The notes beneath the pieces were generated by a model. The model had not been told where the DNA came from. It ran no database searches and was given only the letters and a program-made list of their open reading frames with translations. This document shows positions 20,024 through 27,982 of a stretch of DNA of 64,000 nucleotides, piece by piece (position 1 is the first letter of the stretch; every line of letters starts with the position of its first letter). The position numbers and the translations under genes were made by a program. The stretch covers positions 141,010-205,009 of the IMG/VR virus record IMGVR_UViG_3300044632_001003, one strand, 5' to 3'.

Positions 20024-21081
20024 AGTGCGTTGCCTCTTGGTAGAACTTCCTCTGGGAACACAAAGTTCTCATGAGGTTGATCTACTGGTGCCATCCACGC
20101 TCTAAGTCCCTCATTAAGGAGGATATTCTTCGTATAGAACGTCTCAAACTCTGGATCCTCTGCCGCTCTAATCTCCTGAGATACAAAGTCGTAAGCACGG
20201 AGGTTAAGAGCAAGACCGATGATGCCGATAGAAGAAGTCCAGAGACCCATAACTGGAACGAAAAGCATAAAGAAGTGCAACCAACGCTTATTACTAAAAG
20301 CAATACCGAAGATCTGAGACCAGAATCGGTTCGCAGTAACCATAGAATACGTCTCTTCCTCTTGAGTTGGTTCAAATGCTTTGAAAGTGTTTGCTTGATC
20401 ACTATCTTCAAATAACGTGTTTTCTACTGTTGCTCCATGAATCGCACAGAGTAGTGCTCCACCCAGAATACCAGCAACTCCCATCATATGGAAGGGGTTG
20501 AGAGTCCAGTTGTGGAAACCCTGAAGAAACAGAAGGAACCTGAAGATAGCAGCAACTCCAAAAGAAGGTGCGAAGAACCAACTGGATTGACCAAGAGGAT
20601 ACATCAAGAATACAGAAACGAATACTGCGATGGGACCAGAGAATGCGATTGCGTTATAAGGACGGATACCTACAAGACGGGCAATCTCAAACTGACGAAG
20701 CATAAACCCTATAAGAGCGAAGGCTCCGTGGAGTGCCACAAAAGGCCAGAGTCCCCCAAGTTGGCACCACCTGACGAAATCCCCTTGAGCCTCAGGACCC
20801 CAGAGCAGAAGAAGAGAATGACCCATAGCGTCTGCTGGAGTACTAACTGCCGCAGTAAGAAAGTTTGCACCCTCAAGATAGGAACTTGCCAACCCGTGAG
20901 TATACCAACTCGTAACGAAAGTTGTCCCAGTAAGCCAACCACCAAGAGCAAGGTAAGCAGTGGGAAAAAGAAGAAGTCCAGACCAGCCAACAAAAACGAA
21001 ACGGTCTCTCTTAAGCCAGTCGTCGAGTACATCGAACCATCCCCTTTGTTGAATTGGTTTTGAAAGTGTAGAAGAAGTCAT
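20020..21081 (-). CDS. psbD: Photosystem II D2 protein
   Basis: Canonical sequence from [22 protein letters not shown] to [10 protein letters not shown]. Confidence 0.99.
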   Translation of the reverse strand: MTSSTLSKPIQQRGWFDVLDDWLKRDRFVFVGWSGLLLFPTAYLALGGWLTGTTFVTSWYTHGLASSYLEGANFLTAAVSTPADAMGHSLLLLWGPEAQGDFVRWCQLGGLWPFVALHGAFALIGFMLRQFEIARLVGIRPYNAIAFSGPIAVFVSVFLMYPLGQSSWFFAPSFGVAAIFRFLLFLQGFHNWTLNPFHMMGVAGILGGALLCAIHGATVENTLFEDSDQANTFKAFEPTQEEETYSMVTANRFWSQIFGIAFSNKRWLHFFMLFVPVMGLWTSSIGIIGLALNLRAYDFVSQEIRAAEDPEFETFYTKNILLNEGLRAWMAPVDQPHENFVFPEEVLPRGNAL

Positions 21082-21103
21082 AGCCTCCTTTTGTTATTTC
21101 TCA

Positions 21104-21137
21104 TATTTATCTTAACATTTTTTAACAAAGAGGTCAA
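21104..21137 (-). promoter_or_regulatory. psbD promoter: sigma70-like, late ATAAATA and HLR1-like repeat
   Basis: TTGACC-17-TAAGAT; ATAAATA at 21104-21110; TTAACATT-TT-TTAACAAA on the plus strand at 21112-21129. Confidence 0.6.
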
Positions 21138-21143
21138 TGAGTA

Positions 21144-21581
21144 TTAGTGCTCATCCCTATGCCGTTTAACATACTCAATCATATTTCTAATTAATTCAAC
21201 ATCTTCATTTACATAACCAATAGTTCTGTTGCAGACATTGCAGAGAAGTCCACGAACCTCACCAGTTTTATGATTGTGGTCAACATAAAAAACATCTACT
21301 CCACCACCTCTACCAGATTTTCTACCTTTCGGGTCAGTGGAATTGCAAATAGCACACTTATGCCCTTGCTTTTCTAACAGAGTATTATATTCCTCAATAC
21401 CAATACCATAAACTCTTTTCAAATTTTCATCCCTCTTTTTTACTGGGTCATAATTTTCTTGTTGCTTTTTTACATAACATTTTTTACATTTTCCGTGATG
21501 CCCATATGGACTACCATTTCTTACAGTTTGATAAAAGTCTGTAAGTGGTTTTAACTGATTGCAGATTTTACAAGTTTTCAT
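21144..21581 (-). CDS. Free-standing endonuclease VII-family homing endonuclease (F-CphI-like)
   Basis: CAIC...VDHNHKTGEVRGLLCNVCN EndoVII motif with an N-terminal CxxC...CxxC; lies directly downstream of psbA, as F-CphI does in S-PM2. Confidence 0.85.
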   Translation of the reverse strand: MKTCKICNQLKPLTDFYQTVRNGSPYGHHGKCKKCYVKKQQENYDPVKKRDENLKRVYGIGIEEYNTLLEKQGHKCAICNSTDPKGRKSGRGGGVDVFYVDHNHKTGEVRGLLCNVCNRTIGYVNEDVELIRNMIEYVKRHRDEH

Positions 21582-21633
21582 AGTCGGTTTATTTGTTAAA
21601 GTTATTATACCATAACTTTAAGTATTTAGCAAT

Positions 21634-21656
21634 AAAAAAGACCCCTTTCGGGGTCT
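21634..21656 (-). terminator. psbA intrinsic terminator
   Basis: AGACCCC-GAAA-GGGGTCT followed by a T-run. Confidence 0.9.
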
Positions 21657-21677
21657 CCGTTAGAAAATTCTAACTTA

Positions 21678-22760
21678 TCAACCAATCGCAGGAGCAGTCA
21701 AGGCAACAGGAGTTGCTTCGGCAGCAGCGAGGTCCAGAGGAAAGTTATGGGCGTTTCTCTCATGCATCACTTCCATTCCGAGTCCAGCACGGTTCAGGAC
21801 ATCTGCCCAAGTGTTGAGCACACGACCCTGACTATCCAGGATACTCTGATTGAAATTCAGTCCGTTGAGATTAAAAGCCATCGTGGAAACACCAAGAGCG
21901 GTGAACCAGATGCCTACAACAGGCCAGGCAGCAAGGAAGAAGTGCAGCGAACGTGAGTTATTGAACGAAGCATATTGGAAAATAAGGCGTCCAAAGTAAC
22001 CGTGAGCAGCAACGATGTTATAGGTCTCTTCTTCTTGACCAAACTTGTAACCATAGTTCTGGGACTCGTTCTCAGTGGTTTCACGAACCAGCGAGGAAGT
22101 AACCAGAGAACCGTGCATTGCACTGAACAGAGAACCACCGAAGACACCAGCAACTCCAAGCATATGGAAGGGGTGCATCAGGATGTTGTGCTCTGCCTGG
22201 AACACAAGCATGTAGTTGAAAGTACCAGAGATACCCAGAGGCATCGCATCAGAGAACGAACCTTGACCGAAAGGATAGACCAGGAACACTGCACTCGCAG
22301 CAGCAACAGGTGCGCTATAAGCAACACAGATCCATGGACGCATACCAAGACGGTAGGAAAGTTCCCACTCACGACCCATATAAGCATAGATACCGATCAG
22401 GAAGTGGAACACAACCAGTTGGAAAGGACCACCGTTGTAAAGCCACTCATCTAGGGAAGCAGCTTCCCAGATGGGGTAAAAGTGCAGTCCAATAGCATTG
22501 GACGAAGGAATCACAGCACCAGAGATGATGTTGTTTCCGTACATGAGTGAACCAGCAACGGGTTCACGGATACCATCGATATCCACAGGGGGAGCACCGA
22601 TGAATGCGATGATGAAGCAAGTCGTAGCAGCAAGCAGACAGGGAATCATCAGAACGCCAAACCAACCCACATAGAGGCGGTTATCGGTTGAAGTAACCCA
22701 GTTGCAGAACTGTTCCCAAATATTCGATTGTGATTTTTGACGTGAAAGAGTAGCAGTCAT
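21678..22760 (-). CDS. psbA: Photosystem II D1 protein (intronless)
   Basis: Canonical 360-aa D1 ending [14 protein letters not shown]...APAIG. Confidence 0.99.
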   Translation of the reverse strand: MTATLSRQKSQSNIWEQFCNWVTSTDNRLYVGWFGVLMIPCLLAATTCFIIAFIGAPPVDIDGIREPVAGSLMYGNNIISGAVIPSSNAIGLHFYPIWEAASLDEWLYNGGPFQLVVFHFLIGIYAYMGREWELSYRLGMRPWICVAYSAPVAAASAVFLVYPFGQGSFSDAMPLGISGTFNYMLVFQAEHNILMHPFHMLGVAGVFGGSLFSAMHGSLVTSSLVRETTENESQNYGYKFGQEEETYNIVAAHGYFGRLIFQYASFNNSRSLHFFLAAWPVVGIWFTALGVSTMAFNLNGLNFNQSILDSQGRVLNTWADVLNRAGLGMEVMHERNAHNFPLDLAAAEATPVALTAPAIG

Positions 22761-22770
22761 TTGTAATAAA

Positions 22771-22880
22771 CAGGTAGTAAGACCATCAGGGAAATGGTGG
22801 AGATACTATGCTCCCCGCACCCTTAGCGGGGATATGAGAGACGTAATTTATACACCCATAGGTCTCGGTTAGCGGGTGTT
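22771..22880 (-). ncRNA. PhotoRC-II-like structured psbA leader
   Basis: ACCGAGACCTATGGGTG...CGTCTC, CCCCGC-TAAGGGT-GCGGGG and ACCAT-TTCCCTG-ATGGT elements upstream of a phage psbA; family name recalled, not searched. Confidence 0.7.
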
Positions 22881-22921
22881 GCAAACATTAAGGATTTGTT
22901 ACATTCTTTAACGTGTTGATG

Positions 22922-22962
22922 TATTTATATTAACACAAAAAAACACCCCCGTCAAGGGGGTG
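22922..22962 (-). promoter_or_regulatory. Composite terminator, sigma70 promoter and late promoter for psbA
   Basis: Hairpin ACACCCCC-TTGAC-GGGGGTGT plus T-run; TTGACG-17-TAATAT; TATAAATA at 22922-22929. Confidence 0.75.
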
Positions 22963-22981
22963 TGCCAGTTTTGGAATTGTC

Positions 22982-23194
22982 CTACTTGCTATAGACTCCT
23001 CTTGGGAACACTTGTCCTGTTTGAGGTCTTCTTCCTGTTAAGAATCCAGGTCTTGTTTCATTAAAACTAATATCTCTATTTTCCTGAACTGGAATACTAT
23101 TATTTACGGTAAAAGTTGTCTGAACTCCAACTGGAGAAGTTGAAGCAAATCCAACAACAGCAGTTCCTAGATTAGGAATTGAAAAATCTGCCAT
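22982..23194 (-). CDS. Small hypothetical (probably virion) protein
   Basis: 70 aa; C-terminal GFLTGRRP.TGQVFPRG; start overlaps the upstream stop. Confidence 0.65.
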   Translation of the reverse strand: MADFSIPNLGTAVVGFASTSPVGVQTTFTVNNSIPVQENRDISFNETRPGFLTGRRPQTGQVFPRGVYSK

Positions 23195-24741
23195 CAGACC
23201 TTCCTCGCACAGAAGAGAATTCCAGCGGTCTCATTGGACTTGTTATAAGAACCAGTAATCACAGTATAAACTTCAGAACCACTGATTGTGATTGTATCTC
23301 CCTGTTTGATATCTTGTCCCGATGCAGTTAGTTTGAAATCAATCAATACAAAATCATCAGGCATATAATAAGGACAAGGAATTAGATTTCCATTAATAGG
23401 AATACCTTTAATTACAGATGCATATGTTGTAATTGGATATCTATTTCCATAAGTTCTTGTGGAACTCTCAATGGTTAAAGTTCCTGTATTTTTAAAACTA
23501 CTATTCCTTGAAAAGATTGTTGCTTCATTAGAACTAGGATCTTCATAGTCATTACCAGCAGTTCCACCTCCAGTCGAATTTGTATATGACGTTTGAGATG
23601 ATGCTATTGAATAATTTTGAGCAGCCAGTCCATAGCGACTATTTTCACTATAAATCTGAGACCATCCTGCTTCTGCTGATCTTAAGCTTATATTCTGTTC
23701 AGTAAGATACTTCATTCCAGTTAGATAAGTTCTAAATCCAAGATGAGCAGAATCTCCACCATTTGTATTAATAGAAGGTCTAGGCATAACAACAGTAAGT
23801 CCAGCAGAAAATACTTCATCAAAATTATATAAACTTGAAGTGAAATTATGGACAATAAATGTTGAAAACGTACTATCGTTCAGTGTTCCAGAGACTGTTG
23901 GTTGTGAATAGGAAAGAACGGCAAAATTAGGATCAATACCAGAACGATAAATGTTTAGATTAAGGTCATGAGTTGTTGGTGAGTTTAATGTTGCAAATCT
24001 AAAAACATCTTCATATTGTGCAGAAATTTGTGCATAAGCATCATTGGATCGATCCAATGATGTCTGAGTACCTAGCGATTCTCTAGAGATATCTAAAAAT
24101 TCTGTTCCCCTAAAAGAATCTCTATAGTATCCACCTCTATTGTTAACGTTATCTACATTGTATGGGAAAAATGATGATCCAGCAACTAATGTCATTTGAT
24201 AGTTACTATAAACCTTAAATCCCCTATAGGTTACTCCAAATCTTTTGTTTGTATCAAAGTCCTGTTTTAATACTCCCCAAGGACGAGTGCTATCATTAGA
24301 AGGTGTGAAGTTTTTATCAAAAAATTGATTGGTTGATCCATATCCAACTGGAGATGCACCACCATCAACATTTACAGTAATTCCTATCGCAACCGCAGAT
24401 CCGCCACCAATATCAGCAGCAGATAGAGTTACATATTCTCCTTGAACATAATTTTCTCCTGGACGATTGACATAAACAGCAGATATTGAACCACTAGTTC
24501 TACTAATATCAAATGTTGCTCCTGTCCCAATACCAGTTGTAGTTGCGACAGGAACATCATAATAATATGTACCAGAAGATCCAACCGTTCCACCACCACT
24601 ATAAGAACTAATACTGGTCACAAGTCCTGATATCTGAGTTCCGTGCAATTCTAACCAAGTGAATGCTTGCTCCAACTGATCAATCACATCAGTTCTTGCC
24701 CATCCTACTGATTTTGTAAATGTTGTAGTCGTAATAGCCAT
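23194..24741 (-). CDS. Putative virion structural/fibre protein
   Basis: 515 aa, S/T/G-rich; GTGATF...V..PG..Y repeat type; C-terminal PCPYYMPDDFV. Confidence 0.65.
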   Translation of the reverse strand: MAITTTTFTKSVGWARTDVIDQLEQAFTWLELHGTQISGLVTSISSYSGGGTVGSSGTYYYDVPVATTTGIGTGATFDISRTSGSISAVYVNRPGENYVQGEYVTLSAADIGGGSAVAIGITVNVDGGASPVGYGSTNQFFDKNFTPSNDSTRPWGVLKQDFDTNKRFGVTYRGFKVYSNYQMTLVAGSSFFPYNVDNVNNRGGYYRDSFRGTEFLDISRESLGTQTSLDRSNDAYAQISAQYEDVFRFATLNSPTTHDLNLNIYRSGIDPNFAVLSYSQPTVSGTLNDSTFSTFIVHNFTSSLYNFDEVFSAGLTVVMPRPSINTNGGDSAHLGFRTYLTGMKYLTEQNISLRSAEAGWSQIYSENSRYGLAAQNYSIASSQTSYTNSTGGGTAGNDYEDPSSNEATIFSRNSSFKNTGTLTIESSTRTYGNRYPITTYASVIKGIPINGNLIPCPYYMPDDFVLIDFKLTASGQDIKQGDTITISGSEVYTVITGSYNKSNETAGILFCARKV

Positions 24742-24748
24742 TTGTTAC

Positions 24749-25906
24749 TTATGCCTCCAGTTGAAGAAGTGTTAGATTTACAGAAATACTTGAAGTGACT
24801 CCAGAAAGATTCGTGATTGCTGCATAAACTGTAGTATCAGCAGGGTTATTCAAATTACCACCCATTACAAAAGGAGATATGATTTGCGTTGTTGAAATGC
24901 CTGTGGTGATAACCTCAGCAATCACTCCACTTCCAGGTGATGGATCAATACCAATCGAACGAGAGGCATCAGCAGAGCGAGATGCACTATCAGTATATAG
25001 TCTCAACCAACCTGCAGTAGAAAGACCAACCTTCATTAATGAGTAAGACTTAAATCCAGTAATATTAGTATTGCCAATTCCATTATTTGGAATTGATGTT
25101 GTAACTCCAGATACTATTGTCCTTGATTTAAGAGTATTAGATCCAGAGAATGATGTTGCTGTGACTACACCAGTAAAGGATGCTTGAGTTCCAAATAAAG
25201 ACGCAGAATGAGTGGCAATTCCAACAAATGTAGAAACACCAGAAACACTTAATTGGTTGGTAAAGGTAGTTCCATTGATTGTTACACCAGCACCGAGAGT
25301 TTCAAACTTTTTAACATCATCATAATAAAGTTCGTTGGCACCATTCGCAACAAATCTTGCAATACCACCACCAGTTGAAGCATTACTAATATAAAATTCT
25401 GCATTATCAAGTAATTGATATATAACTCGACTTCCTCCAGTTCCACCAGTCTGTTGAAAATTGAAAGTTACATCATCATTAGCAGCACTATATGAGAGTG
25501 AAAAAACATTTTCATCAGTAGGTGTTTTTAATGATAAAATTCCATTGTAAATATCGACATTAGTTCTAAATGTAGAAACACCAACAACATCCAGTTGCTT
25601 AGAAAATAAAGTAGATCCAGTAACTGTAGTGATTCCAGCAAATGTAGAAACACCAGAAACATTTAGATTACTTAAATTTGTCTGTCCTCTAACATCCAAG
25701 TCCCCTGTTGGAACTGTCGTGCCTATACCAATTGATTTTCCAGTTCCAACAATAATATTGGAGGTTACCTGACCACCAATGGTTACATCTGTGCTGATTG
25801 CGACAGTGACAGCATTAAGATTTAAATTATTAGGACTAGTTAAGTTTGGAGTGCCAGAAGCACCAATCAGATCTATCTGTTTTACTCCAAATTTCTTATC
25901 TGCCAT
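24749..25906 (-). CDS. Tail fibre-like protein
   Basis: IGIGTT, VSGVSTF and ELYYD..KKFET motifs shared with the 2373-aa fibre. Confidence 0.7.
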   Translation of the reverse strand: MADKKFGVKQIDLIGASGTPNLTSPNNLNLNAVTVAISTDVTIGGQVTSNIIVGTGKSIGIGTTVPTGDLDVRGQTNLSNLNVSGVSTFAGITTVTGSTLFSKQLDVVGVSTFRTNVDIYNGILSLKTPTDENVFSLSYSAANDDVTFNFQQTGGTGGSRVIYQLLDNAEFYISNASTGGGIARFVANGANELYYDDVKKFETLGAGVTINGTTFTNQLSVSGVSTFVGIATHSASLFGTQASFTGVVTATSFSGSNTLKSRTIVSGVTTSIPNNGIGNTNITGFKSYSLMKVGLSTAGWLRLYTDSASRSADASRSIGIDPSPGSGVIAEVITTGISTTQIISPFVMGGNLNNPADTTVYAAITNLSGVTSSISVNLTLLQLEA

Positions 25907-25923
25907 TTCTCTTTTTTAAGTAT

Positions 25924-27981
25924 TTAGGATTGGGTGAATAAAATGCCAGACATCTGGACACCAGAAATTGAACTCTGCTGATTAGTTGCAAAAGGGTTTC
26001 GAAGGACTTTCTTAGGAGCACCTCTCAAACTACCATTACCACGAACATTATAAGAATCATTAGTACTAGATGCAGAATCAAAAGTAGCATTATAAGTCTG
26101 TGACCAATATCCCGTAGAATTTGGGTCTGGATATGGATCTGACAAATTGATTTCTACACTTCCATGTCTATCTAACCACTCATGTACATCTGCTTGCGTT
26201 GCTTTTCGATTTGATTCAAGATACAAAGCAATTGCTGAACAAGTATTTGGTCCTGCAGAGCTGGTGCCATTAAACCAAGTATCATAAAAAGTTATATTAT
26301 CCTGTCTCGCAAAATCTTCATATGTGGATGTATATCCTGCAGCCATGGTCATTTCTGCAGGTGCCCAAACATTAATCATTGGACCAGAGTTAGAATAACA
26401 AACTCTCCTGATTGCATATGGAGTAGATCCTTGCTTTGAATCTGCTGGCTCTACAGAACAATCTAAAGCACCCACTCGTATAGTTCCTTTTTTCCTCTCA
26501 TGAATGCCAGTGAATCCTCTACTAACCCCCCCACAACGATTAACATAATTCGTTGTGGAACTATACCAATTATTAAAATCTACATCAGTTTCATCAGAAA
26601 ACTTTTGATTTTGATTTCCTGCAGATGTTACAACGATACATCCAGCAGCAATGGCATTTTCTGCTGAAGCACTTGTTGTTGCAGAATGTGGAGTATATTC
26701 ACCGCTGCCAGAATAAGCAGATAAAGCGGTTCCCCCACCAGTATTATAAGTAAAAGATTTTGTATTTCTGCAAGCACCAGCATTTGCCTGAACAGTGAAA
26801 CTACTTCCATTGCCAGTATAACTTAATGTTGCACCTCGATATCCATGACTATATGGAGTACCATTTGTATTACCAGTTGTTGAAGTCTGACCCCAACTAT
26901 TATTAATAATCGTAGGATCTGGATTTCCATTCTGAGCAATTCTTTTTGCCTGGTGCCAAATAGTACAAATATCCAGTGCTGATGACCCAGCAATATATCC
27001 ACCTACTCCACTAAGAGAAATTCTAATATTCCATAAGTTGCACTCAAATGCTAATCCAAAAGATTTACCACCGATTTGAGAAGCACAAGCAGTCCCATGA
27101 CCATCAACCAATTGATTACTACTCGCATTAGAAGTTTTAGTTGCTACATGAGGAACAGTATATAAAGCAGTTACCGAAACTGTTCCTAAACTTTGAAACG
27201 CAGCAGAGCGACTAGCTGCAGTGCTCCACCATGCAGCAGCTGCAGTTGTCACAATACCAACTCCAAGATTCACGCCATCCACAATCTTAGTATAAGTTAA
27301 ACCCCTACTTGTAAAGTAATCAGGATCAACTTTATATGGACCATCAAGAATTACATCTTTAACTCTATAAGTTCCATCTGGACTTTGAAATTCTGGATGC
27401 AAATGAGCAACTCCAGAATCAATAATGACTGCATCAACTCCTCTACCCGTCAAAGAATATTCAACATCACTCTCAGCATACGTTGTGCTAGTAACACCAA
27501 CTCCTTTAAATGGCAAACTCGTGGGATTAGTAACAAATAAGTGAGACCAATTAGAACGAGTCTCATTTAGAAAATAAGTTGTCTCAGTATCAAAAGCAGC
27601 GACTAATTCAGGTTTATTAAATGCAATTGGTTTTTTATATCTTAGAGTATCGGTCGATTGTGGTTGCGGATACTTTTCTGGATTCAATTCCACACTTTCA
27701 ATTTTAGGATGAGACTTGAGAACTTCTGCCTCTTCCTGACTCATCAAATAAATCGAAGTTCTAAGAGAATGTTCTTGAGTGTTTATGCAGGGTATTGCCC
27801 TATTTGGAATTCCATCAATCTCATTTTCATTGATGATGTAACCATGAATCTCTTCCCAATCTCCAGCATCCTCAACAACAACAATATATTCATCAATAGG
27901 GTCTGGAGAATACTCTATGACAGGAGTTTCTGGAGATAGAACAATCTCAACATCTTCTGATATGGGAAGTAATCGTGTCAT
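25924..27981 (-). CDS. S8 (subtilisin-like) serine protease with N-terminal prodomain
   Basis: Catalytic motifs VIIDSG, GHGTACAS, SAGN and NGTSSAGP. Confidence 0.85.
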   Translation of the reverse strand: MTRLLPISEDVEIVLSPETPVIEYSPDPIDEYIVVVEDAGDWEEIHGYIINENEIDGIPNRAIPCINTQEHSLRTSIYLMSQEEAEVLKSHPKIESVELNPEKYPQPQSTDTLRYKKPIAFNKPELVAAFDTETTYFLNETRSNWSHLFVTNPTSLPFKGVGVTSTTYAESDVEYSLTGRGVDAVIIDSGVAHLHPEFQSPDGTYRVKDVILDGPYKVDPDYFTSRGLTYTKIVDGVNLGVGIVTTAAAAWWSTAASRSAAFQSLGTVSVTALYTVPHVATKTSNASSNQLVDGHGTACASQIGGKSFGLAFECNLWNIRISLSGVGGYIAGSSALDICTIWHQAKRIAQNGNPDPTIINNSWGQTSTTGNTNGTPYSHGYRGATLSYTGNGSSFTVQANAGACRNTKSFTYNTGGGTALSAYSGSGEYTPHSATTSASAENAIAAGCIVVTSAGNQNQKFSDETDVDFNNWYSSTTNYVNRCGGVSRGFTGIHERKKGTIRVGALDCSVEPADSKQGSTPYAIRRVCYSNSGPMINVWAPAEMTMAAGYTSTYEDFARQDNITFYDTWFNGTSSAGPNTCSAIALYLESNRKATQADVHEWLDRHGSVEINLSDPYPDPNSTGYWSQTYNATFDSASSTNDSYNVRGNGSLRGAPKKVLRNPFATNQQSSISGVQMSGILFTQS

Positions 27982-27982
27982 A

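Noticed and set aside
20071-22495. Antisense ORFs over psbD and psbA (also over gnd, pstS and the porin)
   Set aside because: Shadow ORFs of strongly codon-biased genes.
21678-22760. Group I intron in psbA
   Set aside because: The ORF is continuous and full length (360 aa).
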